From positions 128,402,001-128,466,000 of the forward strand of contig OZ260661.1 of NCBI GenBank assembly GCA_965285935.1: DNA of 64,000 nucleotides, given 5' to 3'. The position numbers and the translations under genes are program-made. The first letter of the stretch is position 1. The number at the start of each line of letters is the position of its first letter. A model generated the notes under the pieces. That model was not told the DNA's origin. It was given only the letters and a program-made list of their open reading frames with translations, and did no database searches. This DNA comes from Ophelia neglecta. Lineage: Eukaryota. Positions 1 through 14,269 of this stretch are shown piece by piece.

Positions 1-2179
1 CCAAGGTTGTGATTTCAAACGATTGACTTGCATTATAATATATATTTTTTCATCCATTGTTTAACCCCAAATAATAAGCTGCATGCATTTGAATGTATAT
101 TCTATTTCAATAGCTAAATGAAATATTCAAGGATGCATGAGTTATTGTATTTAGGAGCCCATAGACATTGCATGACATACGGTTAGAGTTGTTTTATATA
201 CAGCATTTGTGACGTGTACGTTCAAATAATCGAACATTGAGAAAAGGGTTGATCTTCAGTTAGATTGCCACGTGTCCGAATCGATGTGTCATGGGTTGGG
301 TCTTGCCGCTTTAATTTAAACTGATAGTGAGAAAACGAGAAAAGTTTCCCTATCTCACTTCTGTGCGCAAAATTCGGATGGGGCCGAACATGCAACCTGT
401 TGTATGACACTTTCAAAGCGTTTCATCAGCTCTGTAGATAGCCAGTAGTGCCCATTACTGGTCATACTATGAAGGAAAAATAATAGCAAGTCAAGGAAAT
501 CTACTAGTACGATGAAACAACGGATAACAATAGTGACACCATTTCATCCGCTACACTCGGATTTTGAATCACATTTTAAATAACTGTTTTTCCCTATCAG
601 TGTGCCCTGTCCCAATTTTCTGAACATTACAGTCCTTTTGACGGCGTGCCCCTACGCTGACCCGGAATACCGCTTGGTGCAGCATATTTTATATTAACGC
701 ATTGTCCCTATATTTGGATATACATAACAGGAACAGGATCAACTTGACAATGACATTACTGGTGTCTATATTCCTGTAAACCCAACCTTTAATAACTTAA
801 CTAACAACCACGTTTCTGTGTATCTTAAACTGCGTACAAAACAGTTGCATTTGAATCAGAAAAGAAGTATCATTCAAACAATAAAACATGAAAACATAAC
901 TCGATATACAAGATGCGGGATTTTAGGATTATAAGAATCTTGTCAGTAACAAATGTTGCGGTTGCCCATAATGTCATGCCAGATAATGCATTATCTGTTA
1001 ATGTATAATACGGCTTTTAATCCAAAATCTTGTACATGTATAACTATTGTTCGACGAGTCGTGGCAATTATTTTATGATATGAATTTAAAACGATTTGTT
1101 ATTTATGAGTAAAATACGTATTATGCGTGTATGCGGGCTTTATGCAAACTATAGATTAGTCCGCGAGTCATTCGCCTTTTGTTATCATAAGATGGGATAA
1201 TTGCTACTACTAGCATATCCATTTTGCAAATCCTTTGTGTGATCGCACGTTCCTGCGGCCATTATTTTCTTCTGAAGATTGGCCTAAAACCATTTATACT
1301 CTTAAACCATTTTACTTATTACTCTTAATCGCAGAATTTACTATAAATACTCCTAAACCACTTAGAAAATAAACATTTAAATGTCTAATTTTATAAATAT
1401 GAATAAAGTATTAGCTATCAGTTGTTGGCAAGCAACCAGATCTATGGTCAAGGTAATAGTTTTTGACCACTGTTAAAGTTAAAAATTATACAAGCCACGA
1501 ACAACAGGTTTAATCTATTCATGCTCCAGGCCGAACAAATTGGTTTTTATTGTCTATATTAAATTGTTATTTTGGCATCCTTTCATTAAGACAAAGGCTG
1601 GTTATTGTTATTTTTGGATTTAATATTAAGTTACAAAAAAAGCATATCGACCGCCATTACCAACAAGAATAAACCCCATACGTTCATGAGGCAACATCTG
1701 CAACATAGATTAACTGACACGCGTTCCCCATATACCACGCGTTGAACTCTTAAGATTCAGCTTGGCACACCAATGAATTTATATATGCTTTTATTTATCC
1801 ATTGTATTTCATAATTGCCATTTTTATAATTGGCCCAATGCAATTTCCTTAACGCCAGGCGGCTGCCACACTGCCTGTCAATATAACTGTCTTGAAGCGG
1901 GGAAAAGGTAACTTGCTGAAGCTACAAAGACACTTGCTAGTGAGCGACCAAATCCGGCCAACACCATACCAGAAACAACACGGAACCCAGGGTTCGTTAG
2001 AAAACGCATAGGATTTTGTTAAGAATATATTCAACCCTGGGAACCCACGACCATTGCGGTACCAGCCACCTAGTCCAGCGATACCTGCGATTCTATCCCT
2101 TGTGCTACATCCCCAATCCCCGATTAATTATTTTTATTGCAAGCTTATTTACTGTGGACAACTGGTTATCGGTGTTAAT

Positions 2180-2250
2180 GTGACTGTAACTGGGCGGTTT
2201 CGGATGACTGCGGACCAATTAAATTGACTTTTCTTGATTAATGAGTGTGT
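2180..2250 (+). repeat. Dispersed repeat A, copy 1 (paired with 18919-18985)
   Basis: gtgactgtaactgggcggtttcggatgactgcggaccaattaaattgacttttcttgattaatga aligns by eye with gtgactgtagctggcggtttcctgatgacttcagaactagtcaaatgttcttgatcaatga at 18919. Confidence 0.7.
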
Positions 2251-5200
2251 ATTGTTAATTTGTATGAATTTGGGTTACTGTCGACGACTGGCAACATGTT
2301 GATAGATAATTATATAATTTAATTCGTAGCTGAAGGTGTTTTCTTTTCGCACTGAGTTATTGGTTATCGGTTTGAATACCGAATATATACTAAGATTAAC
2401 GGCGATCGCACAACACAAAAAGATTCAACTCATTTTGGAATGCTACAAACAATTGAAGTGGTTGATGCCATAACTGATTTTCTTACATATATATTTCTCA
2501 ATAAATGCGCCAGTCAACCAAGGTTACAACACTCGCATTGGGCAATGATGATGCTAACAGAAAATCTCCGATGGAACGGAACTGGTATGCAGCCCTTCTA
2601 CAGCTAGGGCGTACCACTTGTGAGGGACTAATCCATCGTCAGTCCTCAGCCACGGTAATATAACCATAATCCCTGCCAGCCACAGAAGACTATATTGATT
2701 GAGCAGACAGCGGCGTGATGTTTTCTCTTATGAAAGTCTCTTGCGTAGTCTTAACACAAACCTGGTAAAACATGACGGTATGGCTTTTAATATTTAATAG
2801 TTTCTGCTATTTGTCGCTAGCACGTGCATGTACATGTCACCTTCAGAAATCTTTCTTCGGTGTAGTACGTCTCCGACACAAAGTGACACGGCCGTTTATT
2901 AGCTAAATTCCTGTACAGGTGCACTAGAGAAAGAAATGACACAATAACACCTAATTATTATGGAATAGTGCCTTAAATTTTATAATTACATTTTGTCAAC
3001 CGGACATGTTTCGATTTCGGATTTTTCTTAAGTCACCGTGCAGTTGTCTGTATTGTATGGCGTCTAATGCCAAACGTGTGGTAATATGTATGTCCACTAC
3101 ATGATTTAAACATACAGTGTTTACGTAAGATAATAAAAACCGACCAGATGAGCAATAAAACAGGTTGGATTTATTGGATTCGGGTTAAGATACCGGATTA
3201 CATATTTCATTACATCAATATGATTAAAGCAAGGGCTTCAAACCCTATGAACACTAACATCAAAAATCATAATAATATGCCTTTACGCACTGCGAACCTC
3301 GACCTGCGAAACATGATTTAACAAATACGCGCTAAATGAGTGCTGAGTGCAAATAAATTAAGATATTAAGTTAATGTAATACAAAATATATCATTATGGA
3401 TGACAAAATACGTCATTTGCTTTAACACTCACTCGTATTGGTGTCAACGTGAAAATATCTAACACAAGGAGCTTATCGTTAAAGCATTGAAACATCTTGT
3501 AATCTGAACAACGTATCCATCCATACCAATAATCTGCATACCATTTTCTCTAGCTTTGTCATCAGCGGGGATGCGACACAAGCCGCTGCACGGTGTTTTG
3601 CGAAAATTCACATATAAAAATGGTTGAAAAGGAAATGAATAGTTTAGCTTCATTAGATACAAGAAAACAAACCTTGAAATACGTTGTAGAGATATGTAAA
3701 GGGAGTTGTTTGCTCTTGTCGGGCTAGTCAAGCAGATTCACAAACAGGTGTATATATATATGCTGATTTGCTCTTCCGTGGCACAGTAGGTGTATCAAGT
3801 GGTTGATACGCGAAAGCAACTGTGGCAACTGACATTGTATCTGCTCCATTACGCAACAACTTATGGTATGGGAGCTATATCCCAAAAAGGTAGTTTTTGG
3901 CAAAAAAAACTGGGGATCATCTTCTGAAGGTTGTGACGGGGGTGGGAGCTTCTGGTCTTTGGTCATATATTCAAGCGACGATCGACCGGGGATTCCTGCG
4001 GTGTTGGCACCACAACCGGTCCCTGATGATTGTTCGATAATATTTAGCAAAATATTGCAACCGCTAGGGGAAGACCAGTCGCTTAAGCAGAATGATGGAG
4101 CTCTCAACCCGCCGCAGTGCTACAATTCAGTGATTAAACCCGTTAATGAATATATGGATCGTTTATCATCAGGACGAATGAAAATGGTGTGCGAATGAAT
4201 TACTGGTGACGGCTCAGACACAATATTTATTATAATTAGATACAACCTTTTATCTCTTTCGGGGCAATTGTTTACTGTCTCCATGTCATTAACATCATAG
4301 CGCTTTACGTCTGACACTCAGTTTTGTCCAAATAATGGTACCCAATGGCATATCTAATTGGTGTAAATACTGTTTATGTTAAAGGACTTTTCTATATGAT
4401 GTATGTCATAGTGCAGGGTCTTGAAAAAGTATCTTATTATAATTCAACTTAAGGGATTAGAATCTTGTATTCAGGAACATCATATAGAATGAATGCAATT
4501 TCTCTAAGTAAGTACACACACAATGTTAAAAAAATACCTTCAGTTGTTGATATGAATTCCAATTATTCTATCCTTGTCGTTCATAATTATTGAGCTATTG
4601 CAAACCTGTATGTAAGGTCGCATTTCAGGGTCGGAATATGGACTTAACCGTTCGTTTTTCGTTTGATTCTCGGCTCATTGTCTTGCGGGCCGAATTACTT
4701 ACTTCAGATTACTCTTCCTAATACAAATTAATGCCGGTGCTTTATTTTTTACGTGCAAGTAACCTCGTCAGTGTAAGTTACTTTATGATTCTCCGAGTAG
4801 CTAAAACCCTTGCACTGTATGTCATATTGTGGATATTATTATACTTTTTACACTTGATGAATAGCTCGGACATGTTATAACACACTATTCTCCCTGAACA
4901 AAGATATATTTGTCTGAATTATTTGGTCACCGGCAAGGGAACAGGTCATATATGTTGTACATTAAATAGCCGTTGTAAATATGAAGCAATGATGTGTGTT
5001 GGTAACAAAGGTCATATGAGATTTATATTGATTAATAATTCACTTAAGGAAGATGGATGTTTTTAAACATGCCTGGTAAGTCTTCTCCAACATTTTTTAT
5101 ATTTGTTCTTTTCACTTATGTATTTCCATTGTATCAGTCCAAGATCATCGGAAACTGTCAGCTGCGGGCGTATAAACATCACTAGTTCTAAAATTAAGAA

Positions 5201-6511
5201 AACTTATTGCTATGATACGGCGACTAATAGAGTGATTGATATTGCTTTCAAAAAAACAGTAGTCACCAGTTTTCAGTGATGAGCCAGAACAGAACGTAGA
5301 ACGAATATAAAATACACCCTGATATGAGAGTCTTCGATGCACTTAGCTCCCTCGTAATTGCGACACGTTAGATAAACGTTGAACCGAGGATTGCGGTTTG
5401 TGGGCTTGCTCTATCACACTATGGCACTTATACAACATACAACTTTGTATCAAACAACGAATGTAGTCGCAAAGGTTTGGGGTCCAACCAGAATTCAACA
5501 TATTCATTTTGATTCGACTTTGGTGCTGTTTTCAGACACCAAATGGTTTTACTGTATAATTGTTTTCCTGTTGTGATCAAATCCATTCATCGCATTCAAG
5601 TATTTAATTTCCGTTAAAATATTTATCTTTGGAACTTCTTTTCAAAAACTTCTTTCCAAAACCATCCTAAACACTGTGAACATCAATAATCGTAATTAGA
5701 TTTTCGTAGACAAAAACTAATAGCGAATTACAACAACTACGGCACCAAACCTGATCGCTTTCCCAGTATGCATTTGTGAAAACACGTCTTCTACTCAGTG
5801 AATGCTTTATTGCGAGGTAACAAGAATCATATTTCAACTTCAGCTTACCATTAATACCGTAAGCAATTTGGATCCGCAATGTGCTTTCTTTCATTGTATC
5901 CCTTTTGTACTGCAACTTGGTTCTGGTATCGGCTCCATTAGCAATTGTACCAGCAACTTTTCCTGAACATAATAATGCCGACATAATGATAATCACAGAT
6001 GGATCTTTCTTCGTTGAGTTATTCTTGGATTTTTCTCTCTCTTTTAGTCTCAAATATTTCTCTGAGGCCTGTACTTTTTGCTTAAAGTAGTATGTATTTT
6101 TTCCCGATTGAATAGAGTGGATCCTGATAATCGATGTTTCTTTTCTGAGTGGTATTTATGACACATTTTCACAAATAGTAACTACAAGGAACGACCGATA
6201 GATCTTTAATCATCTCACGGAAAAGAAAAAGAGAAATCATTGGTATGTTGATTTTTTTACATATTGCCAACATTATTAATCATATAGTAACAGAACCATA
6301 CAGTTTTAAACAAAAAGATAAATTGTTGTGCATTATGTTGCAGTTACAATTATCCAACGTTTGAGAGTCGGTTTTCGCAATAGTATATTACTGAAAACAA
6401 TTATATCAATTGCAAGAAAACGATTTCTGATATAACTTGTTTATTTCTAGACCAGTCAAAAAGACATGTTGCATATCTTTATGTTTGCTCTGGCCGTTGT
6501 AGTGCTCACGA

Positions 6512-6640
6512 CACGGTCTCTAGGGGAGGGTATCTACTTAAACCTTAGACTTAGAATGAAATGGCTGCACGGCTTTTGTATTATTGACCGCAGATAGACA
6601 CCCCTGCTTGATTACTTATCAGTACCCTAGAGACATTGTG
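6512..6640. mobile_element. Short MITE-like element with imperfect TIRs
   Basis: Left end cacggtctctaggg; right end ccctagagacattgtg (reverse complement cacaatgtctctaggg). An inner pair gggtatcta / tagacacccc is also inverted. No clear TSD. Confidence 0.45.
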
Positions 6641-9596
6641 TTGCTCATGTGAGTAAATGAAACGAGAGCAAACATCCCAGCGTCTATCGCCAACGTAAAG
6701 AAAGGCTAATCAGCCATAAGACATGAAAACTACACTGTTTGAGGAGTCTATTGATGATTGCATAGGCTTATTAATTTGGCCTCGCATTACTATGTCCTTG
6801 CCAAAACTATCGTCGACAGAACACGATGCTATTCACTCATTCATGATGATACTTTTCGCTTGTGGCAGGGCACCTTTAACACTGCTTTAAATTGAGGGCA
6901 CTTGGATGATTATGTTAGAATATCGAAAATATAAATCGCACTATATAAGGATGTCATACGCAATTAATACTTAGTGAATTGAAACCGTTGATGGTAATGA
7001 GTTCACTTGGCGGGTGATGTACGTAAGCATTGTATTTTAGCAGGAGACCGAAATTAATCTGAATCTTATGCAGAGTACGATCAACCCTATGCCCTTAATT
7101 ATAGTATGATGGGAAAGCCCTCTCGAGAACAATCTATCACTTAGTTCTTGAAAGATGCGGGTGACCAGATTATCTTATTACCTCTACCAATCCTAAGTAG
7201 AATGTTGTGCACTTCCTTATGCACTCCCTATAGGCCCTATATTCATTTTTGGTTTATATATTATATTGGGTGCAAACTACTGAAGTTTATACTTAATATC
7301 AATTGATTTGCGTTATATTTGTCCATATACCCAGGTGAACAGATCACAGTTTCCTGTACAATTCTAATTTTACAATTCTTCTATAGTTCACACTGATTTG
7401 AAACAACTTGGTTTTAAATCAATTTAAAATGTTGTGGACAACCACTCAATTAAGTTATGCAGCTTATTTCATGTATTATGTCCATGCATACCAAACAAGG
7501 TGCTTATCAAAGCATGGGGAATTACAGTCTACATCGAATAGCATTAATGATTTTTTAAACCATATATCTGGCCTGTCTTGCCTATTGGCGAAAAGTATTT
7601 AAGGTAAATACCTGTTTTTTTCGGCATGTATTACCCACGAAATACATCGATTGTCATATTTGAACACTGATATGCAAAATACATTAAAAAAATCATCCAC
7701 AAAGTGCAAGTCGGGAGTGTTAAACTAATCATGTGGAGGCTTATATTGATCGAGATAATTAATTCCAATAAATGTACTTTTTGCATGCCCGGCTCAAATT
7801 ACATTTGGAATTTGGAATACACACCTCAACGATTTCTCTCAGACCATAATTACATTAATACATCCAATATCCCCACGTCCAATCACGACAAACATTGACA
7901 TTGTGTTACTTGCTCTAGTATGAATTATTCAAATAAATGTGAAAGAGCAATAATGTCTTCAGATCTTCCATCAGACGTTTAATTTCAGAAATATCTGATA
8001 TGCTTGTTAATGAACAAATCGGTGGGTCTAACTCAAACAATTTGCTTTGCCTGTTGTACACATTTCATTTTAGCATATTTTACAGGGAGCTGAGGAATAC
8101 AAATTAAATATAAATACATAATATGCAACGTTTATTCAATGGGAGGATGGCTCCTAAATGGCCATTTTATATATTATTAATGCCCCGGTTTTTCAAATTT
8201 CGTCCTATTATACATGAATATTCAAGTTCATGGCTAACAAGATAATCCAGGTAGCGGATAGACTTCCCGCGTTTTAAGTTCGTGAAACACCTGGCACAAA
8301 AATCTAATTTGGCGATCGGCAATATCGGTCCTCGGATTTCATAATTGGCAATTTCGAGCCACAGCGTGCATGAATAGACTACCGACCACCAGGTGATCAT
8401 ATAATCTCCTCTGAACAAAAAATATACACAAGGCAATCTCGCTCGCTCATTGTGTTTGGAGTCCAACGGTTTCGTCATTAACTTACAACAATAACCCTAA
8501 TGTGTTGTTGTTTTGTGCGTTTTAATTGCTGTCCCTCTAATTGTAATTAGAAGTTCGGCCTTGTTAAACACTAGCACGTCATGTATCTGCTCTGCTTTTT
8601 TCCTAGATTATAACTAGAGAATAGTCTTTCAAATACCCGAATTAGACGATTGTCTTATCAAGATAGTAGTATTGGTGTTATCCACTGTAATCACATCTTA
8701 TAATGATTGAGAAATGATGATCCACAAAATCGCTAAACCATAGGGCCATTAAAGAGCCTGGTTTCGTTCATAGTCGTAGACGTCATATTGATAATATGAG
8801 TAAACGAGGTATCCTATGCAACGATTATATACTGGATGTGGGATATACATAATAGTGTTGAAATAAAATTCACTTTGAAATTCACTTTTATATATAATAA
8901 AAGTCATAACCAAACGACACAGCTTGCACTCCTCTGAAAAAGGGGTCTTTTATCACAATGCAAGTGAAATCAAATGTTATGTTTTTATTTTTTGTTTTTG
9001 CATTGAAGGTTTATTAACTGCTTTGGAGTTGGAGAATGATGTATTGATGCGTGAGTTGCTGTGGCTGCTTATTCCTTGTTATTAGACCACTATATTAAGG
9101 GACGACTGTGTTGTAGACAGTTTACAAATAATCTTTTTGGTAAATACAGAAATGACAGTTTATATGTCAATGAAAAAATAAGTTTATCACTCTCCTGATG
9201 GTAAGCCACAATAGACGAAGGGATGGCCTCAGTTTGAAAGTAAAAAGAACCCGAAGGCATTGCATTGAAAGGTTCTCGCACTTTATCCCTAACTTAAACC
9301 ACTCCCAAACACCATGGCCGAACCATATGGAATATGCCATGCTAAACTCATTTATTCCGCTTAAATTGTCCTATGATCATTTCCATTCCAGGGCCGTGCA
9401 TGACCACGTTTCGAAAAAAACATTCATTTTCCTTTAAGTAATCGTCGATACGACGCTTCGGTTGTAAGACGATGTCTCTTAATGGTCAAAAAGTTCCATT
9501 ATCATGCTTTCAAAATAACCTTCCAAGAATCAATATAAATGTATTTCTGTCCAGTCCAATAATGGCATGTAGTGTGAAAGAAGCTATACTCCCATA

Positions 9597-9840
9597 GAAG
9601 AACTGGATTTACGAGAAGGCTTCTTCGTCAAGCCCAGCACTCTGCCGTTCGGAGTTTGTTTATAAATTATGACACACCCCAGAGTTGTATGCTTCCTAAC
9701 GAGCCTCAATCAGCTAGGGAGACTAATAAATACCGAATACATGGAGTTTGTAGGCAGATCACGACCCATAAAATGTGCCGCCTGTCTTAATTTACTGCGC
9801 TCATAGCTTATTCATGCCGACTTTCCAAGAATGCCACCTC
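9597..9840 (+). repeat. Dispersed repeat B, copy 1 (paired with 30132-30380)
   Basis: About 240 bp colinear similarity; the core taataaatac.gaatacat...cacgacccat.aaa...cctgtcttaattta.tgc.ctcatagcttatt is shared with the 30.1-30.4 kb copy. Confidence 0.85.
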
Positions 9841-10804
9841 CAAAGGAATGGTACCGTGGAACCACGCGAGAAACCTGTTTATTCACGAGTCACTGAATTC
9901 CTATCCATTTGATCAGGACATTTATTCCCGTATCTGCGAGGATTTTATTTGGATCAGATCTTAGATTGATATACGGGAAAAAAAAGTACCACAAGCTAAT
10001 TTTGAATAGTGCATTTTAGCGGCCCATGCCATTAGTCTTCTCTGTTGCTGAAAGAGAGGCACAGTCGGTGCAAAATATGGTGTAATAACAAATAGGATAG
10101 TTAAATATCATTAGATATATGTTACGACAATTCCTGGTAATTGAATCAAACGACACTGCACAACTTCATGGACATAGATAGGGAATTGACAATTTTTGAA
10201 TATTTGGATTGTAAGTCTATTTATTCATTTTGTAACAATAAATCAAGAAACAAAAAAAACACTTCGATCAAACATATAAGCTTACGCATGCTACCATCAT
10301 ATCATAAAAGTCACTATTATGAAAATCAATGCGTGTTCGGCCTTACTGGCGATTTTGGAAATATCTAAAGGACTAGTCTTGAGTACTGATTTTTCTGTCA
10401 TTTATTTGTATAGTGTAGAAGTAGTGGGCATTTGTAACCATTAATTTCCAGTTAAGTCCAAATCGTCAGAAATCTCCAGATTCAATATCGCAAATAACAA
10501 TTACCCAAGTTGAATGAAATCTGCGAGACCAGACTAAGAAAGGTTGTTAATTCGATTCACAGCTGGAAGATAATTGCACTAATTGCTTTCCGAAAAATAA
10601 CACAACAGGAATTTTTCGAAATCTGGAAATATTGGCGAATTTGCAAGCTGGCAAAAACTTCCCTGAATGAAATGACCATAGATTTCCGTTGATCCCAGAA
10701 GAAGGCACTCTCTTGCATAACTCGGCGACGAAAAAAAAGGTCGAAAGTATACGTGCATAGTGAAACTTTGTCGTCGCGGCAATGTTTGCTAGTCATCCTA
10801 CAAT

Positions 10805-11000
10805 GAGGAACTTTAGAAACAACTGAAAACTCATATTTTCAAACATTGCTGTTCGTGAACTTGCTTTGGACTTTCTATTTTATGCCATTGAATATTTTAA
10901 TAGCTGAATTTTCGATGTGCTTATAATATATTTGATTTTTAAACGAAGCACCCTGGAGAGGTTTGGCTAAGAAATGGTGATATATAAATGCTTTGTATTA
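10805..11000 (+). mobile_element. L2-type LINE 3' end relic
   Basis: aaacaactgaaaactcatattttcaaacat translates to KQLKTHIFKH (L2 ORF2 terminal FK..LKTHLF motif). It is followed by an L2-like tail aagcaccctggagagg...tatataaatgctttgtatta. Confidence 0.55.
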
Positions 11001-13094
11001 AAATATAGTATACTTTAGTTCACGAAATTTTCTGCTCTGGAAAATATCCTACTGTTCGCCGATGCCCTTAAATGGGCATTTCGGCATTTGATATTATTAT
11101 GTGTTCTATGGCTTGTGCAGATACTCATAAATCAATTCTCGTCGATCTCTAGGATCTGTAGCATACGTGCAAATATGAGGCAGAAAATGAGAATCTGAAT
11201 CCCCTTGCTAACGATAAAAGGATTTGACACCTGACTAGTTTCTTGATTTATTTTGGTGTTAGGTTATTATCACCCGTAACACCAAATATATTGTGCCGGA
11301 AGGCGCGTCGCCGCATGGTCGTTCACTGTGAAATAGAAATCAATAACTGCATAAAAACAATTGGCAGGGATGAAAATCAAGGAAGTTTTTAAAGGAGAAA
11401 CGAGTAAAGATGATAAACAGATAAACACGGAAGTTAATTATGTCTCTAGTCGGATGAGGTCTCCGATGCTTTAGAAAAAAACGTGGCTCACTATACAGCT
11501 GGGGTAACGGCTTTAGGAAGTGAAGTACAACTAAGTATAGCCACGTTATAACTATCCTATTGGTCAAAAGAGTGCCTTTCCGTAGTGTATGTGTTTCTGA
11601 CTTGACTTTTAGAATATGGTTACTTGTTTACACTTTAGTATTCTTAAAGATATTTAAATTTCACGAAGAAGCTGTTGGTCAACCGATGCATTATGTACCT
11701 TACATTGTCAACATAAAAAGGCGTGTTTAATTTGGAAGATAAAGGAATGTGTATCAATTAATTTGAAATTTATCTTTCTTATAAGTGTATCGAACATGTT
11801 TAAAATGATTACAGTTGTGTAAATGTAATTACAAAAGCCCAGTCAAATGTCACTGGCGTGACTGAATTCTAAAACACCTCGCAGAAGAAAAGAAGATGCC
11901 TAGCTATTGACCGTATAACAGAAAGCAACAACAATTACCCTAATGTCTCACTTGAACGTGTATCTCATACTATCCTTCGACAAAATTTCAGTGAAGTCCG
12001 TTATAGATAACGATAGAGCCCAGAACCATCCAATTCCAACAAATTTAAGAACGGTTAATGATGTTTCTTTGTTGTTCGTAATCCCATAAATAAACCTTTC
12101 AGGCGACTTTGATGGACAACGAAATGGGCTAATGAAAACACGATTAATAGAGATGCCTGATTATATGTGGATGACACACAAAGCGAATGATGCATAAAAG
12201 TCAAGCCAATATCCTTTAAATCGTATACTACTGTTACGGACTTAGACGTCTTCCAAAGGAATGACCACCTTCGTTCTATAGGAACTCAGAATATCGAATT
12301 CAACCAATTCATATGTAACTACGACTGTCTAGTGATCATTTATCACATTTGGTTACCCTAATTATATACCCCGTTGTAATCAATCTTCTGCTTTGCTTTT
12401 ACTTTTACACTTCACTGTTTTTATACTCCTTGGTTCATCCCTTTACATGGAACGCAATCAATCGTTTATTAATGGGCTTTGGGTAAGTTAAGTGTGCTAT
12501 TTGTCATTTCCCTGGTCCAGATGTTGGACTGATACTAGGCTGATGTTTCTAATACGATAACCGCCTTGTGACAAATACTGGAGAAAGACCGTTAGAGTCA
12601 TCGGAAGAGTTATCATTTGGACTGGATTTGAAAGAGTGACTGGGGTTTGTAAATTGCTTGACATGAAATAACGAACTATTAATCTTTTGAAAAGAGCAAA
12701 TATGTCATCTTCATTAAGTAGTCCTTATTTTCATGATCCACCTCCACGAACATATTCATATATATCGTCTATCTTCACAATATTCTGCCGGTCTAAACAA
12801 ATCAACAGATTGATAATGGCTGAGCCTGATAATCCCAGTGGGTTTTTCATGAAGAAAAAAACTATACCAGGCAGTCGTAAAATGCGCAAGATGAATGAGT
12901 CCTGAGTAGATCCAGGCAACAAAATCCATTTGACTGGCTCCTCTGAGTTCTTAGGGTGACAAGCATACTCAATCATTATACAATTGCATCTCAAGCCGCA
13001 GCCGTTGACGAATCAAAGATGGCACAATAGCGGAGATGGTATTACGACCCGGCCGTAGTTTGTTTGTGCCTTAGTTGTTTTTTAATACACATCT

Positions 13095-13290
13095 TTAAGG
13101 GCTATCGATAAGAAAACATGACTCGTCTCGCTAATATGTGGACAGAGGTCCTGAAAACAATGCATCTCACAAAATAATGCCTTGAAGTGACACAACCTCG
13201 CGATAGAAGCATAATTTGACTAGAGAAAGATTTAATTTGACTGCTTGGCATCCATCTTAAGGCAGAAATCTGCATTGAAATCATAACTTC
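13095..13290 (-). mobile_element. Degraded LINE (L2/Crack-like) ORF2 C-terminal fragment
   Basis: ORF 13102..13284 contains LRWMP..QI and RHY..R...FRT....R.MFSYR, resembling the LxWxP and H.Y.TR...RT..G.R.FSYR motifs. Confidence 0.35.
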
Positions 13291-14269
13291 AGATAATTAA
13301 CGAGCCTAATTCTAAGTGGGTATTGTAATGATCGCTTATATGACACGTCTCCCGGTGAAACCTTTAAACCACAAATGATGACTTAGTTCAACTTACTACA
13401 ATTCACAGAGCAACTCCTTGGCTATGTTAGAGAATTATGTTCTGAATTGAGTTGTTAGAGATCACATATTCATAAGTTTGCCTCCTTCTTCCACAGTAGT
13501 ACAACTTAACTTTCCCATCTATGCTTGATATTTACTATTTCTACAAATGTGCAGATAAATGAATCGGTCAATATCCATCAAAATGCCCTGTTTATCAAAG
13601 CAAAACGAAAAAAAAAACATTAAATATACATATCAATAATGTCAAATATTGCTACTGGATCAGGTCACTTCCACGATTTGTCCTTATTCTATTTCTTTTC
13701 AGAAGACATGAAAAGACATTGCACGCAAAGTAATGTCCGTGCTCTTTAAGCGATGAAAGTTCTTGTTCCATTTATCGATCCACATCGCCATCTACACGTG
13801 TCAGAAGTGCTCAATGATTCAAATGCCATTAACCCAATACGCACTTCTACCCTTCACATTTACAATAACAGTATGAAAAATGCTATAAGGCAGGGAAATC
13901 AAAATATGCACGCGTCTGACAAGCAAAACGTGTTTTATTCAACAGACGATCTAAAATAGATATTCGGAACAAAGCACTGGCGGACCGGCTGCATACGAGT
14001 CACAAGGGGGAACAAGGCCATGGTTTATATTCAGTGATAAGTGCGATGCCGTGTCACTGGAACATATGAGATATAATGGCTCTTCTTCCCGACACGCTTA
14101 CAATGTGAAAGACACAAAAGTGCAACGAATTTGTAGGAGTTCTTCTGGGGACATAACTGGGTTACTGTCGAAAAAAGGTACAATAGCTTTCAATACTTAA
14201 TATAACTAAATAATCCTACAATAATGGGGTCTTATTTTATGCACATCTCTGAATATCTTATCTGTGTTC

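Noticed and set aside
1280-1365. Degenerate tactc.taaacca repeats
   Set aside because: Few, irregular, AT-rich copies; low-complexity sequence is a sufficient explanation.
3724-4198. Overlapping 111-aa and 127-aa ORFs
   Set aside because: No recognisable domain or convincing splice context; consistent with chance ORFs in a locally GC-richer patch. A small exon cannot be excluded.
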